A DNA stretch of 64,000 bases from an uncultured Spirochaetota bacterium (lineage in GTDB: Bacteria > Spirochaetota > Spirochaetia > SZUA-6 > Fen-1364): NCBI GenBank assembly GCA_963781885.1, contig CAWAHW010000006.1:32001-96000 (forward strand). Direction: 5' to 3'. Numbering within the stretch: the stretch's first letter is position 1; the number at the start of each line of letters is the position of its first letter. The notes under the pieces are model-generated. The model worked only from the letters and a program-made list of their open reading frames with translations, had not been told where the DNA came from and made no database searches. Position numbers and translations under genes: made by a program. Below, in pieces: positions 20,908 through 30,687 of this stretch.

Positions 20908-21552
20908 TCAGTTCTGATTCTGTTCGGAATTGTTTTGATATAGCTTTTGATCAGAGTTTTGAGGTGTCTTCTCTGAGCGTACGGTAACTTCAATCCTTAT
21001 TGCTTCGGCGGCGCACCATAGCGGAACGTATTCAAATTGGTGGAACTGATGAGGTTCGCTTTCTGAATCATTGTATTCAAAAATGTATCTCCATGATTGG
21101 AACAGATCCTTTGATCTTTCCAGAAGATCCGGAAGCGACATAGAAGAAGCGTAATCATTCCATTCTGGCTCAGTTGGAGAGCCTTTTGAAACGGTAATGC
21201 TTACCCGACCGTTAAGCAGACGCGCCTGTTCCGGTAAAAACACCTTATAAGAGTTTTCGATATAGGCTCTTATTGAAATAGGTACCAGCTCGTACAAGGC
21301 TTTGAGATCATGCACTTTAGGAATAGGGATATTTTCTCTGAGAAGCAATGCCTTTGTGAATAGTTCAATTGCGAATCCCAAATTTGTTGCGCAAGCAACA
21401 AGATCCGCTAATTCTTTTGACATCTCTGTTGAGGGAGATTCTTTCAACGCACCGATGCTATGGATAAACTTCTCGGCTAACCTTTGGAATGCTTCCCCGC
21501 AAGCCAGAGCCGACTGAGCACTGAAATCCTTTGCAATCGATAGCTTGCCCAT
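20908..21552 (-). CDS. HEPN-like domain protein
   Basis: FAIELFTKALL, HDLKALY, WRY. Confidence 0.7.
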   Translation of the reverse strand: MGKLSIAKDFSAQSALACGEAFQRLAEKFIHSIGALKESPSTEMSKELADLVACATNLGFAIELFTKALLLRENIPIPKVHDLKALYELVPISIRAYIENSYKVFLPEQARLLNGRVSITVSKGSPTEPEWNDYASSMSLPDLLERSKDLFQSWRYIFEYNDSESEPHQFHQFEYVPLWCAAEAIRIEVTVRSEKTPQNSDQKLYQNNSEQNQN

Positions 21553-21611
21553 GCTTTTGTCCTCATAACTCAGGGAATGACGGCATTGCGTCCTGATGAA
21601 GGCTTGAAAAC

Positions 21612-21725
21612 GCCTAACATAGAGTTCAGTACCCGGCCCGCATCAGAACCAAGGCACACCGATCAGCGCAGGAATTGGGTCTTTCCTACGAATTCACGCC
21701 GGAGTACTGCAACGACTTGTTATGA
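21612..21725 (-). repeat. attC site (family C)
   Basis: Family C arms. Confidence 0.93.
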
Positions 21726-21820
21726 CCACTCTCGTCTATCAGTTGAATGCGCCCGAGCCAAGGATGGCGAGGGCGTGTTTGCCGGCCTCATACCCCTGTA
21801 ACGATCCCTAGTCTTGGATT

Positions 21821-22105
21821 CTATGAGATCGCAATCGTCAGCTCCTTACCGAGGGCTTCCGCTACTTTCTTCAGAGTCGATACACGAATGTCTTCGGCGT
21901 GGTTTTCAATTCGGGAAATGGCACTTTTTGTTGTCCGAAGCCTTCGTGCAAGTTCATCTTGGGTGATCCCGCTTTTATGCCGCGCATTGCGGAGAAGGTA
22001 CCCTATCTTGAACTCCTGGTAGCCAGCATCGAATCCTTCGGAGAAACGCTTATCAGTCTTCTTCCTGTTGTGGATGTATTTATCAAGATCGTCACGCACG
22101 TCCAT
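21821..22105 (-). CDS. XRE-HTH antitoxin (HigA-like)
   Basis: ITQDELA..TTKSAISRIEN. Confidence 0.9.
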   Translation of the reverse strand: MDVRDDLDKYIHNRKKTDKRFSEGFDAGYQEFKIGYLLRNARHKSGITQDELARRLRTTKSAISRIENHAEDIRVSTLKKVAEALGKELTIAIS

Positions 22106-22448
22106 GCCTCCGTATGTAGTCGGCCTTCAGCCGTTCAGCTTGAGAAATCTCTGCACCGGGTGTCTTTTGCGTCTTTTTCATGAAACCATGGGTCAGAACA
22201 AGTCGGCTGCTTCCGTGAAAGAAGCACAGTATTCGATAGGTGTTTCCGCTGAAGACAATCCGGCACTCCCATATCCCGTCGGTGGTGCTCAGCTTCTTGA
22301 AGTACTGAGTAGGAAGCCCGTCTAGTTCCTGAATCAGCTTGAGTACCCAGGTCACTTTCTGGGCGACCTTTGGAGGCAAGGAATCAAGGAACTCGGCAAC
22401 CGGACAATGGCCTTTGTCGGTCTTGTAGAAGACGAGCACCCGTCCCAT
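22092..22448 (-). CDS. RelE/HigB-like toxin
   Basis: PVAEFLDSL, IWECR, HGFMKKTQKTP. Confidence 0.9.
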   Translation of the reverse strand: MGRVLVFYKTDKGHCPVAEFLDSLPPKVAQKVTWVLKLIQELDGLPTQYFKKLSTTDGIWECRIVFSGNTYRILCFFHGSSRLVLTHGFMKKTQKTPGAEISQAERLKADYIRRHGRA

Positions 22449-22614
22449 AATCAATGTTCACATATTTGCTAACTTTCGTCAAGCTGAATTTGTATATCCG
22501 CCTGACTGTGCTAGACAAAAGCTCGAGGGGCGGGGGAGTCAGGCAGGGATGCCTGATCCCCGCCCCGAGACCGTGCATGCTATGCCCTGGGGCAATCAAT
22601 CAATTTCAGAGTGG

Positions 22615-22728
22615 TCATAACATAGAGTTCAGCACCCGGCCCGCATCAGAACAGCACCACACCGATTTGCTCCGGAATTGGGTCTTTCCTACAGATTCTG
22701 CCTGGAGTGCTGCAACGACTTGTTATGT
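22615..22728 (-). repeat. attC site (family C)
   Basis: Family C arms. Confidence 0.93.
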
Positions 22729-23072
22729 TCAAGGCAGAATGGACTTGTAGTCTACGCTATGCAGAAGTCAATTCCTTTAGCCAGAATTGCGTTCGTAGGT
22801 TTTGCCAAGAGCGGCGTTGCCACGGTCTGCGGGGATTGAACAATAGGTACGAGCCCAAATCCGAGCGCGGCTCTGTTTCCCGCTGCATCCGGACTGAAGG
22901 GAAGAGAAGAAATACTTGATCGTCCAGGCTTGGGACACCGGAAAGAAAAAGTCTTTCGGACCAAGAGGCCGCGATGTTTCAGAGGTCCAAATAGACGTAA
23001 CCTCTTGAAGACTCTTCAACTATCCAAAGATTCTGGAAGAAGGTGAAAGTTTCATTTTCCTTTGAACATAAC
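22722..23072. repeat. Gene-less cassette type 1, copy 3 (most diverged)
   Basis: Homologous with substitutions and indels. Confidence 0.85.
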
Positions 23073-23180
23073 ATAGAGTTGAGCACCCGGCCCGCATCAG
23101 ACAAAAACCACAAAGATTTGCCCCCGAAGTGGGTCTATTGGAGCAATTTCAGCCTGGAGTGCTCCAACGATTTGTTATGA
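23066..23180 (-). repeat. attC site (family A)
   Basis: Family A arms. Confidence 0.93.
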
Positions 23181-23489
23181 ATGACTATTTTGAAAAGACT
23201 ATCTACTTCAGCATGGTCTTTTGATCGGAGGGAAATGGCGCTTGGGCGACAGCTTGCTCGACATCACTAATTGATACTTCTGCGCTAACAACTCTCGATG
23301 TTGTTGTTTCTTTCTCCTAACAGGCATTTCCGCTCACTCTTTTGGCGTTCATCCTGTACTATTAGTTTGGAACATATCCGAAATGCAGGAGAAAGCAGAG
23401 CACTTTCTGTATCTGTCATTTTCCGTTCGTTTCTCTTTGCACCTGCTGTTCACGTTGACGCGCATCAATTGGAGCGTTACTTTCTGCCC

Positions 23490-23981
23490 ATGTATAGCAA
23501 TACAAAAGAGTTTGTTGACCAATGGACCACGGAGAGCAACATCAGCCTAAAAGTGCTGAAGGTCATCAATGACCTCTCTTTGGACCAAAAAATCTACCAA
23601 GAAGGTAGAAATCTAGCCCATCTGGCATGGCACATGACGATGATGATCGGGGGAACAGGTTCAGCGGTTGGGCTTGAAATCGTTGCCCCACAACGAGGCA
23701 CGGAAATGCCAAATTCGGCTGCCGCACTCGTCGAAGTCTATGAGAAAGCAGCCAAGTCACTTGGCGAACAGGCTTCGATGAAACTTCAGGACTCGCAACT
23801 CGCAGCGGAAGTTACTTATTTCGGAAGATCCATGCCCGTTGGACGGATTCTTCACTCGCTAATCCTGCATCAGTGTCACCATAGAGGCCAGATGACGGTT
23901 TTGATTCGCCAGGCAGGACTTGTTCATCCAGGAGTCTATGGCCCAACTCGAGAAGAGGCTGCTGCGCGGGCAAAACAGTAG
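23490..23981 (+). CDS. DinB/YfiT family protein (inverted in cassette)
   Basis: LAWH, HQCHHRGQMTVLIRQAG..PGVYGPTREE. Confidence 0.9.
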   Translation: MYSNTKEFVDQWTTESNISLKVLKVINDLSLDQKIYQEGRNLAHLAWHMTMMIGGTGSAVGLEIVAPQRGTEMPNSAAALVEVYEKAAKSLGEQASMKLQDSQLAAEVTYFGRSMPVGRILHSLILHQCHHRGQMTVLIRQAGLVHPGVYGPTREEAAARAKQ

Positions 23982-24089
23982 AGCAATTCGCTGAGTCATT
24001 CGAGTTGAGTGGCCGCTACAAACCTCTGCTCGAATGGCTGCTCTATCTGTCAGTCTGACCGGTAGAGCTTCTCTTATGGATTCTGTCAT

Positions 24090-24203
24090 TCATAACATAG
24101 AGTTCAGTACCCGGCCCGCATCAGAACCGTGGCACACCGATTTGACTTGGAACTGGGTCTCTCCAACGAAATCACGCCGGAGTACTGCAACGATTTGTTA
24201 TGC
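24090..24203 (-). repeat. attC site (family C)
   Basis: Family C arms. Confidence 0.93.
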
Positions 24204-24231
24204 CTTTTTCCGCCTCTATGGCCTGATCAGT

Positions 24232-25023
24232 TCAGCTAGCTTTTTCTGCTTTGATTTGGAGGAATATAGCGGCATGCTTTCTCCACTTCTCAAGGGCGGG
24301 ATTGGCTTTGCAATCCTCCTCGGTTGGCCGAGGCTCTATCATCTTCTTCAGATGAAACCCTTCATCTACAAGAGGGTTGATGAAGTCTGAAAGCGTTCGC
24401 GGGAAGTATGGAATGTGGAACTCCGGGATTTTGTCTGCTTCTGGGCTCAGCGAGAACTTCCATTTGTCGACATAGGGCTTCTGCATGAAGTAGTTGCCAA
24501 TAGCGAGCCGATACGGCACTCCATTTTCATCATTTATCCACGTAAGCGCTTCCGGGAGGAAGCAAGGATGAGAGATGCTGAAGATGAGTTGACCCTTTGG
24601 CCTTAGAACTCGATAGAATTCATGAATTGCCTTCTCGTAGTCCGGCCCATCCATCAGCGACATAAACGCCACGATCATGTCAAACTGCGCGTTCGCAAAC
24701 GCCGGCATACTTGTAAAGGAGCCCTTTACATAAGAAATGCCCAACGGATGGAGGCTCTCTTCTTGCAGCGCGAGCTCAATCATTTTAGAAGACAGGTCTA
24801 TCCCTACTACTTTGGCTCCAGACGCCGCCAGTTTTCTGGTATTGTGACCTTCCCCGCACCCTGCGTCCAGAAGCTCCTTGCCCTGGATGTTGCCTATTAG
24901 CCCAAAGATTGATGGGTTGTTCAGTACTTCACGGTAGATATCGTACCCTTTCCGTACTTGGTCGGCCCATATGGAGCTGTTCTCATTCCAGTATTTGGAA
25001 ACATCCTGTTCGTTAAGATTCAC
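24232..25023 (-). CDS. Class I SAM-dependent methyltransferase
   Basis: LDAGCGEG, GIDLS; GTG start after GGAGG. Confidence 0.9.
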   Translation of the reverse strand: MNLNEQDVSKYWNENSSIWADQVRKGYDIYREVLNNPSIFGLIGNIQGKELLDAGCGEGHNTRKLAASGAKVVGIDLSSKMIELALQEESLHPLGISYVKGSFTSMPAFANAQFDMIVAFMSLMDGPDYEKAIHEFYRVLRPKGQLIFSISHPCFLPEALTWINDENGVPYRLAIGNYFMQKPYVDKWKFSLSPEADKIPEFHIPYFPRTLSDFINPLVDEGFHLKKMIEPRPTEEDCKANPALEKWRKHAAIFLQIKAEKAS

Positions 25024-25060
25024 GATCGCCTCCGGCTTCCACAATTCGACACCAAAATAG

Positions 25061-25176
25061 GCATAACATAGAGTTGAGCACCCGGCCCGCATCAGACAAA
25101 GACCACAAAGATTTGCATCGGAAGCGGGTCTATTGAAGAAGATTCTAGTCCGGAGTGCTCCAACGATTTGTTAGCC
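25061..25176 (-). repeat. attC site (family A)
   Basis: Family A arms. Confidence 0.93.
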
Positions 25177-25947
25177 ATTTGGCGTCAACTTCACGCCGCA
25201 TAGCTTCAGCAAAGCAAAGTTGCCTTCATAGAAGCTCTCCGCTCGAAATTCTGATTGAATTCTTGCGAGGCCTTTCTGATATTCCTTTTCGCTCAGGAGA
25301 TTCAGCTGTGACATGTCGCGGTTTCTGGCTTCTTCCAGTAGCGAGGTCAAAGGAAAAGCCTTTTCAGTGATGGTCGTGGTCAGTTCCACACTAAAACGGC
25401 TTTTCGCGAATGCCTTTCGCAGATGATCATTGCTCCAGAATCTTTGGCTATCCATTTTCCGTGTGCCTTTGAAGTAGTGGTATACCCACGAAAGAGGCAT
25501 TGCTTCGGGACAGATGTTCTTCATTTGAAAAACCCCACCTGGCTTCAATATGCGGTGGAATTCGCTGATGCAGCTGACCTTGTCTTGAAAATGATGAAAT
25601 GCGAAATTGCAGGAGACGAAGTCGAACTGCCCGTCGGGATATGGCAGATATGAGGCATCAGCGGTTGTCAATTCGATAGCCTTTGTCAGCTTAGCCTTCG
25701 CCATGGAAAGCATGTCCGGGGACAGATCGCAGCCGTGCCACTGTATCCGCTTGTCGGGGAAGTACTCTGTCTGAGCAGGGAGAAAGTTGCCAGTACCGCA
25801 AGCAACATCCAGTATTGATATGGCTTGGTTTGTAGAAGAAAGAAGCCGACCGATGTGCGGCTCCGGGTCGTACTGAAAGCGAATGGGGTTTTTGTCATAA
25901 ACTTTTGCTATCACTGAGTAGTCTGTAGCTTTCAAGAAGTTCTCCAT
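25171..25947 (-). CDS. Class I SAM-dependent methyltransferase (paralog of 1480-2256)
   Basis: Same 258 aa length, highly similar. Confidence 0.9.
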   Translation of the reverse strand: MENFLKATDYSVIAKVYDKNPIRFQYDPEPHIGRLLSSTNQAISILDVACGTGNFLPAQTEYFPDKRIQWHGCDLSPDMLSMAKAKLTKAIELTTADASYLPYPDGQFDFVSCNFAFHHFQDKVSCISEFHRILKPGGVFQMKNICPEAMPLSWVYHYFKGTRKMDSQRFWSNDHLRKAFAKSRFSVELTTTITEKAFPLTSLLEEARNRDMSQLNLLSEKEYQKGLARIQSEFRAESFYEGNFALLKLCGVKLTPNG

Positions 25948-25955
25948 TCCAATAT

Positions 25956-26070
25956 GGCTAACATAGAGTTCAGTACCCGGCCCGCGTCAGAAAGAAACCA
26001 CAAAGATTTGCCCCGGAATTGGGTCTCAGCAGGAAGATTCTAGCCGGAGTACTGCAACGATTTGTTAGAA
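25956..26070 (-). repeat. attC site (family C)
   Basis: Family C arms. Confidence 0.93.
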
Positions 26071-26156
26071 GGTTTTCCTCTATGCGTTCAACCCTGACGC
26101 TTTTTGCAGAAGACCCTTTCGCTTTGACTATCTTCAATCTTCAAAACCATATTCCG

Positions 26157-26546
26157 CTATTTTGCATTGGGGCGGTTCTTGGCGGTTTTGGCCGGCCGCT
26201 TTGTGGCACGAGGTCGTTTATGCAGTGGTTCATAGACTTTCAATGGGCCGCCGCCTGGCAGCCTAATAGTGGTTAGCTTCCCCCAGGTAAGTGTTTGAAC
26301 TTTGTTGCATTTGACGTTGTGCTTTCTCGTTTGATTGACGAAGGTGACGATGTCGTCGCACAGCAGGTAGAACTCCTGACTCCCGTCTTTATCTGAAGGG
26401 TGAACCGCGAGTTCAGATGGTGGAAGTGCAAAGATGAGCCAGTTGTCTCCGATGTCAACGTAGGGGAACTCAAGGACGTCTCTGATGAATGCGCGATCCT
26501 TGTCAGGATTGGAACTGTAGATAATGGAATGGCTTCCAGTAATCAC
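26157..26546 (-). CDS. VOC/glyoxalase family protein
   Basis: ITGSHSIIYS, FIRDVL, WGKLT..LPGGG. Confidence 0.85.
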   Translation of the reverse strand: MITGSHSIIYSSNPDKDRAFIRDVLEFPYVDIGDNWLIFALPPSELAVHPSDKDGSQEFYLLCDDIVTFVNQTRKHNVKCNKVQTLTWGKLTTIRLPGGGPLKVYEPLHKRPRATKRPAKTAKNRPNAK

Positions 26547-26644
26547 TGGGAGAACGCTCCTTTAACAATAGATGCTGGCCCTGCAATATGACAGTGATGG
26601 TACTGCACATGGCGTCTTTTGAAAAGAAAGAAAATCTGAAAACC

Positions 26645-26760
26645 TTCTAACGTAGAGTTCAGTACCCGGCCCGCATCAGAACGGCACCACAGAGACCTGC
26701 ACCGGCCGCGGGTCTATTGGACAAGATTCTAGCCCGGAGTACTGCAACGACTTGTTAGCC
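26645..26760 (-). repeat. attC site (family C)
   Basis: Family C arms. Confidence 0.93.
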
Positions 26761-26768
26761 TCATTCCG

Positions 26769-28116
26769 TGTACAGTCCAAAGACACGGGTAACACATTAT
26801 TCTAAAGACATCGATAACACCCTCGAAGTCAGATCCGCCCGGGGCTGACTGGTTGGCACCCGAGAGATAATATCCTGGATCTTGTTGGTGCGCAATTCGT
26901 AGCGACCAATCTGGTAGAAACAGAAGTATAGATCATAGACCCCGTCATCCACTTCCTCGAGACCCACGTACTCCTCATTGAGGGTTTGCGTCACAAAGAC
27001 CTGGTTGTGAAACACGCGAATGGTACCGCAGCGACTCACGCGCCGAACCAGGTAGTGGTGCGGATAGTCGTAGATGCCAACATGCTCAGGTAACGTTCGT
27101 CCTGAGGGGCAGTACACACTTGCAGGTTCGACCATGCCAAGAGCTTCGTGCGGGCGCTCGGTGTTGAACTCCTCCCTAAATGAATCAAACTTTTTCTGCT
27201 GCCCGCTCAGGCTGCTCGCCGGAGGTATGGTGGCCTCCTGCTTGAGGGTACGATGCATGCGCTCATGGATTCCATTTTGTTGCGGCTTTCCTGGTTCGAT
27301 CAGCTCTGGGTAGACCCCATACTTGATGAACATCACCTGTAGAGCCGAAAGCCGAGCCAAAGCGCAGGAGGCAAAGGGCACTCCGTTATCAGTTCGGATG
27401 CGGTTGGGCAGCCCATAAGTGCGGAAAAGGTGCATAAAATAGGCAATTGTGCGTTCCATGGAAACTGCGGGGTGTGCCTCACAGCCCAGCAGGAAGCGAG
27501 AATACAGATCGCTGACAGTTAGTGGGAAGCAGTATTGGCCGTTCTTCAGCCGAAACTGTCCCTTGTAGTCGGCCGCCCAGGTGTCGTTGGGAGAAGTAGC
27601 CACGTTCTTCGGGCATCCGGGATGTGCTCGGCGGTGTCTTCTGGGCTCGGCTATCAAACTCTCTCGGTCTAAAAGGTGCGCCACAGTGGACACAGCGGGC
27701 AACTCGAGATAGCGGTGGCGTTTCTGCAGCTTTTTCAGCAGCTTCTTCGGTCCCAAGCTGGGCCGCGCTCTTCTCATCGCGATGAGATCCGCCGCAATCC
27801 GTTCATCCATTTGCCAAGGGCAACTATGCGGCCGTCGGCTGAGTTCTTCCAAACCTTTCGAACCATCTGCCTTGAAGCGATTGATCCACTTGTGGACGGT
27901 CTTTCGAGATATATTGAAACGCTCGGCCAACTCGGTCTTGCTGTAGTAGCCGTCCAAATAGTCCCTGATGAAGTTCTGACGCTGCTCGCTCACTGTAACA
28001 CCTTCCCATGGCATGGCTGGCATCCTCCTTGCTGCAGAAGATGTTACCCATGTCCTTAGAATAAGTGTTACCTATGTCCTTAGAATGTTTTGTAACCTAT
28101 GTCTTTGACTCATTCA
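26769..28116 (-). mobile_element. IS481-family insertion sequence
   Basis: 26-bp imperfect IRs (tgtacagtccaaagacacgggtaaca / tgtaacctatgtctttgactcattca), three tgttacc-type repeats at one end, CCG flanking duplication. Confidence 0.88.
26797..28023 (-). CDS. IS481-family DDE transposase
   Basis: WAADYKG, TDNGVPF, PQQNGIHER. Confidence 0.93.
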   Translation of the reverse strand: MPAMPWEGVTVSEQRQNFIRDYLDGYYSKTELAERFNISRKTVHKWINRFKADGSKGLEELSRRPHSCPWQMDERIAADLIAMRRARPSLGPKKLLKKLQKRHRYLELPAVSTVAHLLDRESLIAEPRRHRRAHPGCPKNVATSPNDTWAADYKGQFRLKNGQYCFPLTVSDLYSRFLLGCEAHPAVSMERTIAYFMHLFRTYGLPNRIRTDNGVPFASCALARLSALQVMFIKYGVYPELIEPGKPQQNGIHERMHRTLKQEATIPPASSLSGQQKKFDSFREEFNTERPHEALGMVEPASVYCPSGRTLPEHVGIYDYPHHYLVRRVSRCGTIRVFHNQVFVTQTLNEEYVGLEEVDDGVYDLYFCFYQIGRYELRTNKIQDIISRVPTSQPRADLTSRVLSMSLE

Positions 28117-28230
28117 CCGCTTTTGTCTGAACTATTGGCAAGGTCTGGAACCCTCTTATTGTCAATTTGCTTTGGTCATTTGGAGTTGGGTCTTTACGGA
28201 TGTATTCACAAAGCTACGGCACATTCATTT

Positions 28231-28710
28231 TCACGACGTTGAATCGGCTATTCGATGGCAATCAGTCTGCAGATCGAATTCCATGCCCAAATCAAATCCC
28301 GAGTTTCGATAGAAAGCGGCCGCCGGCCTGTTGCCTTTTTCTGTTCCGACCTCGATCTCATCCATTCCGTCTTGCCTTGCTGCGAATACTGCGCGCTGAA
28401 CCAGCGCTTTTCCAATGCCTTGGTTCCGGTGGTCCGCTGCGACAATTAGTTCGTTTATCAGTGCAGTTCCGCCTTCGTGAAAGAAGCTGAGGTAGTAGAC
28501 AACGGATATGAAGCCGACAGCAACTTCATTCTTGCAAGCCACAAGGTTCTTGTAGCTTTGCGGACTGCTGATCATTTTTGAGTAGACTGAGCGCACGTGG
28601 TCGACATCCATTTCAAAGGTCGAATGCGCATGGTCCGCCAGTTGGCGAAGCAGATCCGCTATTGCGAGAAGATCCTTGTCTAATATTGGCCGAATCAGAA
28701 TTCCATCCAT
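28231..28710 (-). CDS. GNAT acetyltransferase
   Basis: HRNQGIGKALV, AAAFYRNSGF. Confidence 0.88.
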   Translation of the reverse strand: MDGILIRPILDKDLLAIADLLRQLADHAHSTFEMDVDHVRSVYSKMISSPQSYKNLVACKNEVAVGFISVVYYLSFFHEGGTALINELIVAADHRNQGIGKALVQRAVFAARQDGMDEIEVGTEKGNRPAAAFYRNSGFDLGMEFDLQTDCHRIADSTS

Positions 28711-28744
28711 ACGGTTACCTACTCTTAATCCTTGGAATGAATGA

Positions 28745-28860
28745 GGCTAACATAGAGTTGAGCACCCGGCCCGCATCAGACAAAAACCACAAAGATTTGC
28801 ACCGGAAGCGGGTCTGCTGGACCAAATTCTAGTCCGGAGTGCTCCAACGATTTGTTAGAT
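28745..28860 (-). repeat. attC site (family A)
   Basis: Family A arms. Confidence 0.93.
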
Positions 28861-28925
28861 GCTCCGCGATTTCAATCGATGTTTGTCTATTCGTGTCAAT
28901 TCCTGCTAGTAGAAAGGAAAGCGCC

Positions 28926-29315
28926 TTAACGCCAGTCCTCCAAACTCAGCCCGGGAATGCGTTCAAAGTGCTTGGTGTTCCCGGTAATAAGCTTTTCTGC
29001 CTTTTCAAGCGTAGCTGAAGCTATAAGGATATCAGCATCCGCGATCGGCATTCCCGCATTCTGAAGCTGGGCCTTGATGGTTCCGAATCGTTTTAAGATG
29101 CTGAGATCGGACTGCACTATTTCAAGCGTTAGAAGAAGCCTTTCTACTGTGTCGATATTCCTGGAAGGGTCACTCGACTTTTGAGCTCCATAAAAGAGCT
29201 CGGCTATTGTCATGAAACAAACGCCTATTGGCCCATCATACTCTTCACGTCGGCGGAGGATCTTTTTGTTTCCTTTCAATAGGTCGATGCAGACATCAGT
29301 GTCTATCAGGATCAT
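28926..29315 (-). CDS. vapC: VapC PIN toxin
   Basis: LIDTDVC, DILIA, TGNTKHF. Confidence 0.92.
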   Translation of the reverse strand: MILIDTDVCIDLLKGNKKILRRREEYDGPIGVCFMTIAELFYGAQKSSDPSRNIDTVERLLLTLEIVQSDLSILKRFGTIKAQLQNAGMPIADADILIASATLEKAEKLITGNTKHFERIPGLSLEDWR

Positions 29316-29599
29316 AGCTGCACGTCACGGCCACCCGTTCTGTGGGTATAGATGTCTTCAATTATCTCCTTTGCGGATCGGCTATCCTCCCAGGTACCCG
29401 CCAAACGTTTCCAGATCTCAACCTGAGTAGCCTTTGAGAGATACTTGCGCTTTTGCAGTTTGTCCTCATACTCATCATATGTTCCCCGCTCGAGGATCAC
29501 GAGAATCTCGTTGTTGACACTGCGCTTCTCTATTGAAGAAAGTGCTTTGATCTTCCCAAGCACGTCATCAGGTATGTTGCGAACCGTAATGCTTGCCAT
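29312..29599 (-). CDS. FitA/Arc-like RHH antitoxin
   Basis: MASITVRNIPDD..RSVNNE. Confidence 0.88.
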   Translation of the reverse strand: MASITVRNIPDDVLGKIKALSSIEKRSVNNEILVILERGTYDEYEDKLQKRKYLSKATQVEIWKRLAGTWEDSRSAKEIIEDIYTHRTGGRDVQL

Positions 29600-29679
29600 A
29601 GTTACAATATAGTTATATTTCAGCACCACGTCAAGAGAGACCGTTTACCCGCAAGTGAGAATGCTCCTTATCTTGGAGC

Positions 29680-29795
29680 ATCTAACATAGAGTTGACCAG
29701 CGCCGCCGCATCAGCCAGCTGCACCCCGACGATTAGGACGAAGTTGGTTCAAATCAGATAAAATCTAAGGCGACTGGTCCAACGATTTGTTAGAA
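29680..29795 (-). repeat. attC site (family B)
   Basis: Family B arms. Confidence 0.93.
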
Positions 29796-29825
29796 GGGCG
29801 CTCTTTTGCCGCCGTAAAGGATGAC

Positions 29826-30464
29826 CTACCACCTGTTGATGTGAATATGTTCTTTCGGATTCGGTTTGTGCTGTTTTATCCTTTTTGCGTTCTTGTCAGG
29901 ATAACCAAGTGCCAAGTAGCAAGGAATAGAGTAGTCTGCTGGGATTTCAAGTACGTCATGTAGAACGCGAATCTCCTTGTCAAAAGGAATTCGCGTCACG
30001 CCGTAGATACCTTCCGAAGCGGCCGCAAGAAGAATGTTTTCAATACAACACCACATTGAAGCGAATCCATTCAGTGATGATAAGCTTCTTGGCTTCAAAA
30101 GAGGCAGAGGTTGCTTATAGCACGGCACTATCAAAACAGGCGCGTTCAAAAGCATTTTATACTGCTTGGGAATGGCGTCAATGTACATTTCCCTTTGCTT
30201 AACGTCGGTCATTCCAGATTTGGAAAGAAAAGCTTCTGCCTGCTGCGGACTCAAGTCTTTTCTAATAGAAGAGATTGCTGATAGTCGAGTGTCCATATCA
30301 GTCAAGACCAAAAACTCCCACTGTCGAAGGTGGTAATTGGTTGGCGCGCGGAGGCCAGCAGCCAGAAGTCTTTGAAGAGCTGCTTTCGGTAACTGCTTTT
30401 TGGAGAAGTCACGGACAGTTCTTCGTTGATTGATTGCTTTGTAGAGGTCCATCCTTGTCCTCAT
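29826..30464 (-). CDS. Nitroreductase family protein
   Basis: RRTVRDF, APT..RQWEF, ENILLAA, LGYP. Confidence 0.92.
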   Translation of the reverse strand: MRTRMDLYKAINQRRTVRDFSKKQLPKAALQRLLAAGLRAPTNYHLRQWEFLVLTDMDTRLSAISSIRKDLSPQQAEAFLSKSGMTDVKQREMYIDAIPKQYKMLLNAPVLIVPCYKQPLPLLKPRSLSSLNGFASMWCCIENILLAAASEGIYGVTRIPFDKEIRVLHDVLEIPADYSIPCYLALGYPDKNAKRIKQHKPNPKEHIHINRW

Positions 30465-30570
30465 CTATATATGGTGGTTTGATGCAAATCCTTGGAATGG
30501 ATTTGATATTGCATCAGACAGCCACCCAACGCAATTGCGCAGAAGCCTGGAGGCAGGGAATCCTTGCGCC

Positions 30571-30686
30571 TTCTAACATAGAGTTGACCAGCGCCGCCGC
30601 ATCAGCCGGCCGCGCCCCGACGATTAGGAATACATTGGGTCAAGACAGACAAAATCTAAGGCGACTGGTCCAACGATTTGTTAGAT
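30571..30686 (-). repeat. attC site (family B)
   Basis: Family B arms. Confidence 0.93.
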
Positions 30687-30687
30687 T

